This document shows positions 15,804 through 16,974 of a stretch of 16,974 nucleotides of DNA, piece by piece. The first letter of the stretch is position 1; each line of letters starts with the position of its first letter. The DNA lies in contig JBDKRC010000300.1 in the NCBI GenBank assembly GCA_039683575.1, forward strand, positions 1 to 16,974, given 5' to 3'. The DNA is from Armatimonadia bacterium. GTDB taxonomy: Bacteria; Armatimonadota; Zipacnadia; Zipacnadales; UBA11051. The position numbers and the translations under genes are program-made. The notes below the pieces were generated by a model that saw only the letters and a program-made list of their open reading frames with translations, was not told the origin of the DNA and made no database searches.

Positions 15804-16307
15804 CTATCCCAGCCGCTCCGCCAGAAGCTTCTGCAGCGGCGCCGCCAGGATCTCCAGAGTATCCTCAAGACACTGCGGCACCACCCGGGTATCGCCCAGG
15901 CTCGTCATGAAATTGGTGTCGCCTGTCCACCGCGGCACGATATGCAGGTGGATATGGTCAGCGATGCCGGCTCCAGCCGGCTTGCCGATATTCAGTCCGA
16001 TGTTCGCGCCCTCGCAGTGGAACTCCTGCTGGAGAACCACCAGGCAGAGCTGCGCGATGGTCATCATCTCGGTAACAGTCTCGCAGGGCAGGGAGGGGAA
16101 ATCACTCTGATGCTCGTAGGGCACGACCATCATGTGACCGGTGTTGTAGGGGTAGGCGTTGAGGATCACGAAATTGTGACGGGCCCGGGCGAGGATGCCG
16201 TGGTGATGGTCATTGTCCTCCCGGCACCTGTTGCAGAAGACGCAGCCGGGCTGGTGATCGGCCGATGACACGTAACTCATGCGCCAGGGCGCCCAGAGGT
16301 GGTTCAA
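15804..16307 (-). CDS. HIT-family nucleotide hydrolase/phosphorylase (Ap4A phosphorylase-like)
   Basis: LWAPWRMSYV, CVFC, LNAYPYNTGHMMVVP, AGAGIADHIHLHIVPRW.GDTNFM. Start set at TTG 16307, with SD AGGAG 8 nt upstream. Confidence 0.88.
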   Translation of the reverse strand: MNHLWAPWRMSYVSSADHQPGCVFCNRCREDNDHHHGILARARHNFVILNAYPYNTGHMMVVPYEHQSDFPSLPCETVTEMMTIAQLCLVVLQQEFHCEGANIGLNIGKPAGAGIADHIHLHIVPRWTGDTNFMTSLGDTRVVPQCLEDTLEILAAPLQKLLAERLG

Positions 16308-16388
16308 AACCCAAACTCCTGAGGCCCGGATGGCGCCGCGGGTGACCAACCTCCGGGCCGGAAGACTGCTAAGAGTCTTACGACGACG

Positions 16389-16637
16389 CTAGCCAGAAAG
16401 ACGATAGTACACGATTGCGTACAGTACGCAGGAGCTGATCCAGACGATCGCCGAGTACTTGGTGATCCGGTCGAGCATCTCTTCGCGGCTGCCCTTGCGG
16501 AAGCGGCCGGCATCGCCCGCGCCACCCATGGCGGCCGAGAAGCTCTCGGCTTTGCTGGTCTGCATAGCCACTGCGGCGACCAGAGCAATGCCGCTGATGA
16601 CAGCGATGATCATGAGGATAGCCTGAAGAACCTGCAT
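16389..16637 (-). CDS. secG: Preprotein translocase subunit SecG
   Basis: 82 aa with two TM segments flanking AVAMQTSKAESFSAAMGG...KGSREEMLDRIT; SD GGAGG. Confidence 0.88.
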   Translation of the reverse strand: MQVLQAILMIIAVISGIALVAAVAMQTSKAESFSAAMGGAGDAGRFRKGSREEMLDRITKYSAIVWISSCVLYAIVYYRLSG

Positions 16638-16742
16638 ATACGCCTCCGGAGACAGCGGCCCAAGCCCGCCGGAACCATGTCAGAAACATGATGTCTATTG
16701 ACTATATTGGTCGCACCGCCAACGCGCGACGCGCAGGTTTTG

Positions 16743-16771
16743 ATTGTACATGATGCCTGCGGCACCGTCAA
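16743..16771 (-). promoter_or_regulatory. Sigma70-type promoter for secG and downstream minus-strand genes
   Basis: Minus strand reads TTGACG (16771-16766), 17 bp, TACAAT (16748-16743). Confidence 0.75.
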
Positions 16772-16780
16772 GCTCAGGTG

Positions 16781-16974
16781 TGTCGCTGCCAAGTAGTAAT
16801 GTCCCTCTTGTGCAAAGTAGAAATGTCCCTTCGGCGAACTGAAGGGTATGAAGTTACTGATGAGCCACAAGGAACGCAACTACAGCAAGGTGCTCGAACA
16901 ACTGCAGCAGGGGCAACTGACACGGGCACAGGCTGCCGAGTTGATGGGCTGTAGTGAACGCCACGTCAGCCGCC
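16781..16974 (+). mobile_element. Left end of an ISNCY/IS1202-type insertion sequence (continues beyond window)
   Basis: Starts TGT; near-identical 16-bp direct repeats AAGTAGTAATGTCCCT (16791-16806) and AAGTAGAAATGTCCCT (16815-16830), followed by a transposase start. Confidence 0.8.
16848..16974 (+). CDS. ISNCY/IS1202-type transposase, N-terminal HTH (partial; not in the ORF track)
   Basis: My translation: MKLLMSHKERNYSKVLEQLQQGQLTRAQAAELMGCSERHVSR; open to the window end. Confidence 0.8.
   Translation, partial: MKLLMSHKERNYSKVLEQLQQGQLTRAQAAELMGCSERHVSR

Noticed and set aside
16310-16388. tRNA or ncRNA downstream of secG
   Set aside because: Only short stems (GGCCCGGA/TCCGGGCC, AAGACT/AGTCTT); no cloverleaf or T-loop motif.
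16741-16780. Possible dif/XerCD site beside the IS end
   Set aside because: The arm-like sequences are 2 bp apart rather than 6 and match poorly; a sigma70 promoter explains the sequence better.
1-16974. Composite transposon spanning the window
   Set aside because: The two edge elements have unrelated termini, and the cargo includes housekeeping genes secG and lepB.

Overview
GC-rich bacterial window, probably Armatimonadota (inferred from the DUF1559/H-X9-DG prepilin-like gene). Its core is a complete hdrCBA-flxDCBA flavin-based electron-bifurcation operon (914-9642) behind a clear sigma70 promoter whose -10 box lies inside a 29-bp palindrome. Four of the six junctions between its seven core genes carry small inserts: an MntA-HepT toxin-antitoxin (TA) pair (hdrB/hdrA), a GTAG-type REP doublet (hdrA/flxD), an uncharacterised Pol-beta-type nucleotidyltransferase-like gene (flxC/flxB) and a HicB-HicA TA pair (flxB/flxA). 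The inserted genes have no intergenic room for their own promoters, and hicBA is joined by ATGA overlaps such that removing it restores a direct flxB-flxA overlap. The + strand run continues through a Cof-type HAD hydrolase, a GmhB-like phosphatase, a ceramidase-like hydrolase and signal peptidase I. The - strand carries secG, a HIT hydrolase, a secreted protein with a Met-Pro-Gly insert and an orphan ABC solute-binding protein. The left edge has a DUF1559 gene lacking its prepilin N-terminus beside a probable IS end; the right edge is the left end and transposase start of an ISNCY/IS1202-type element. All family calls come from motif recognition, not database searches.
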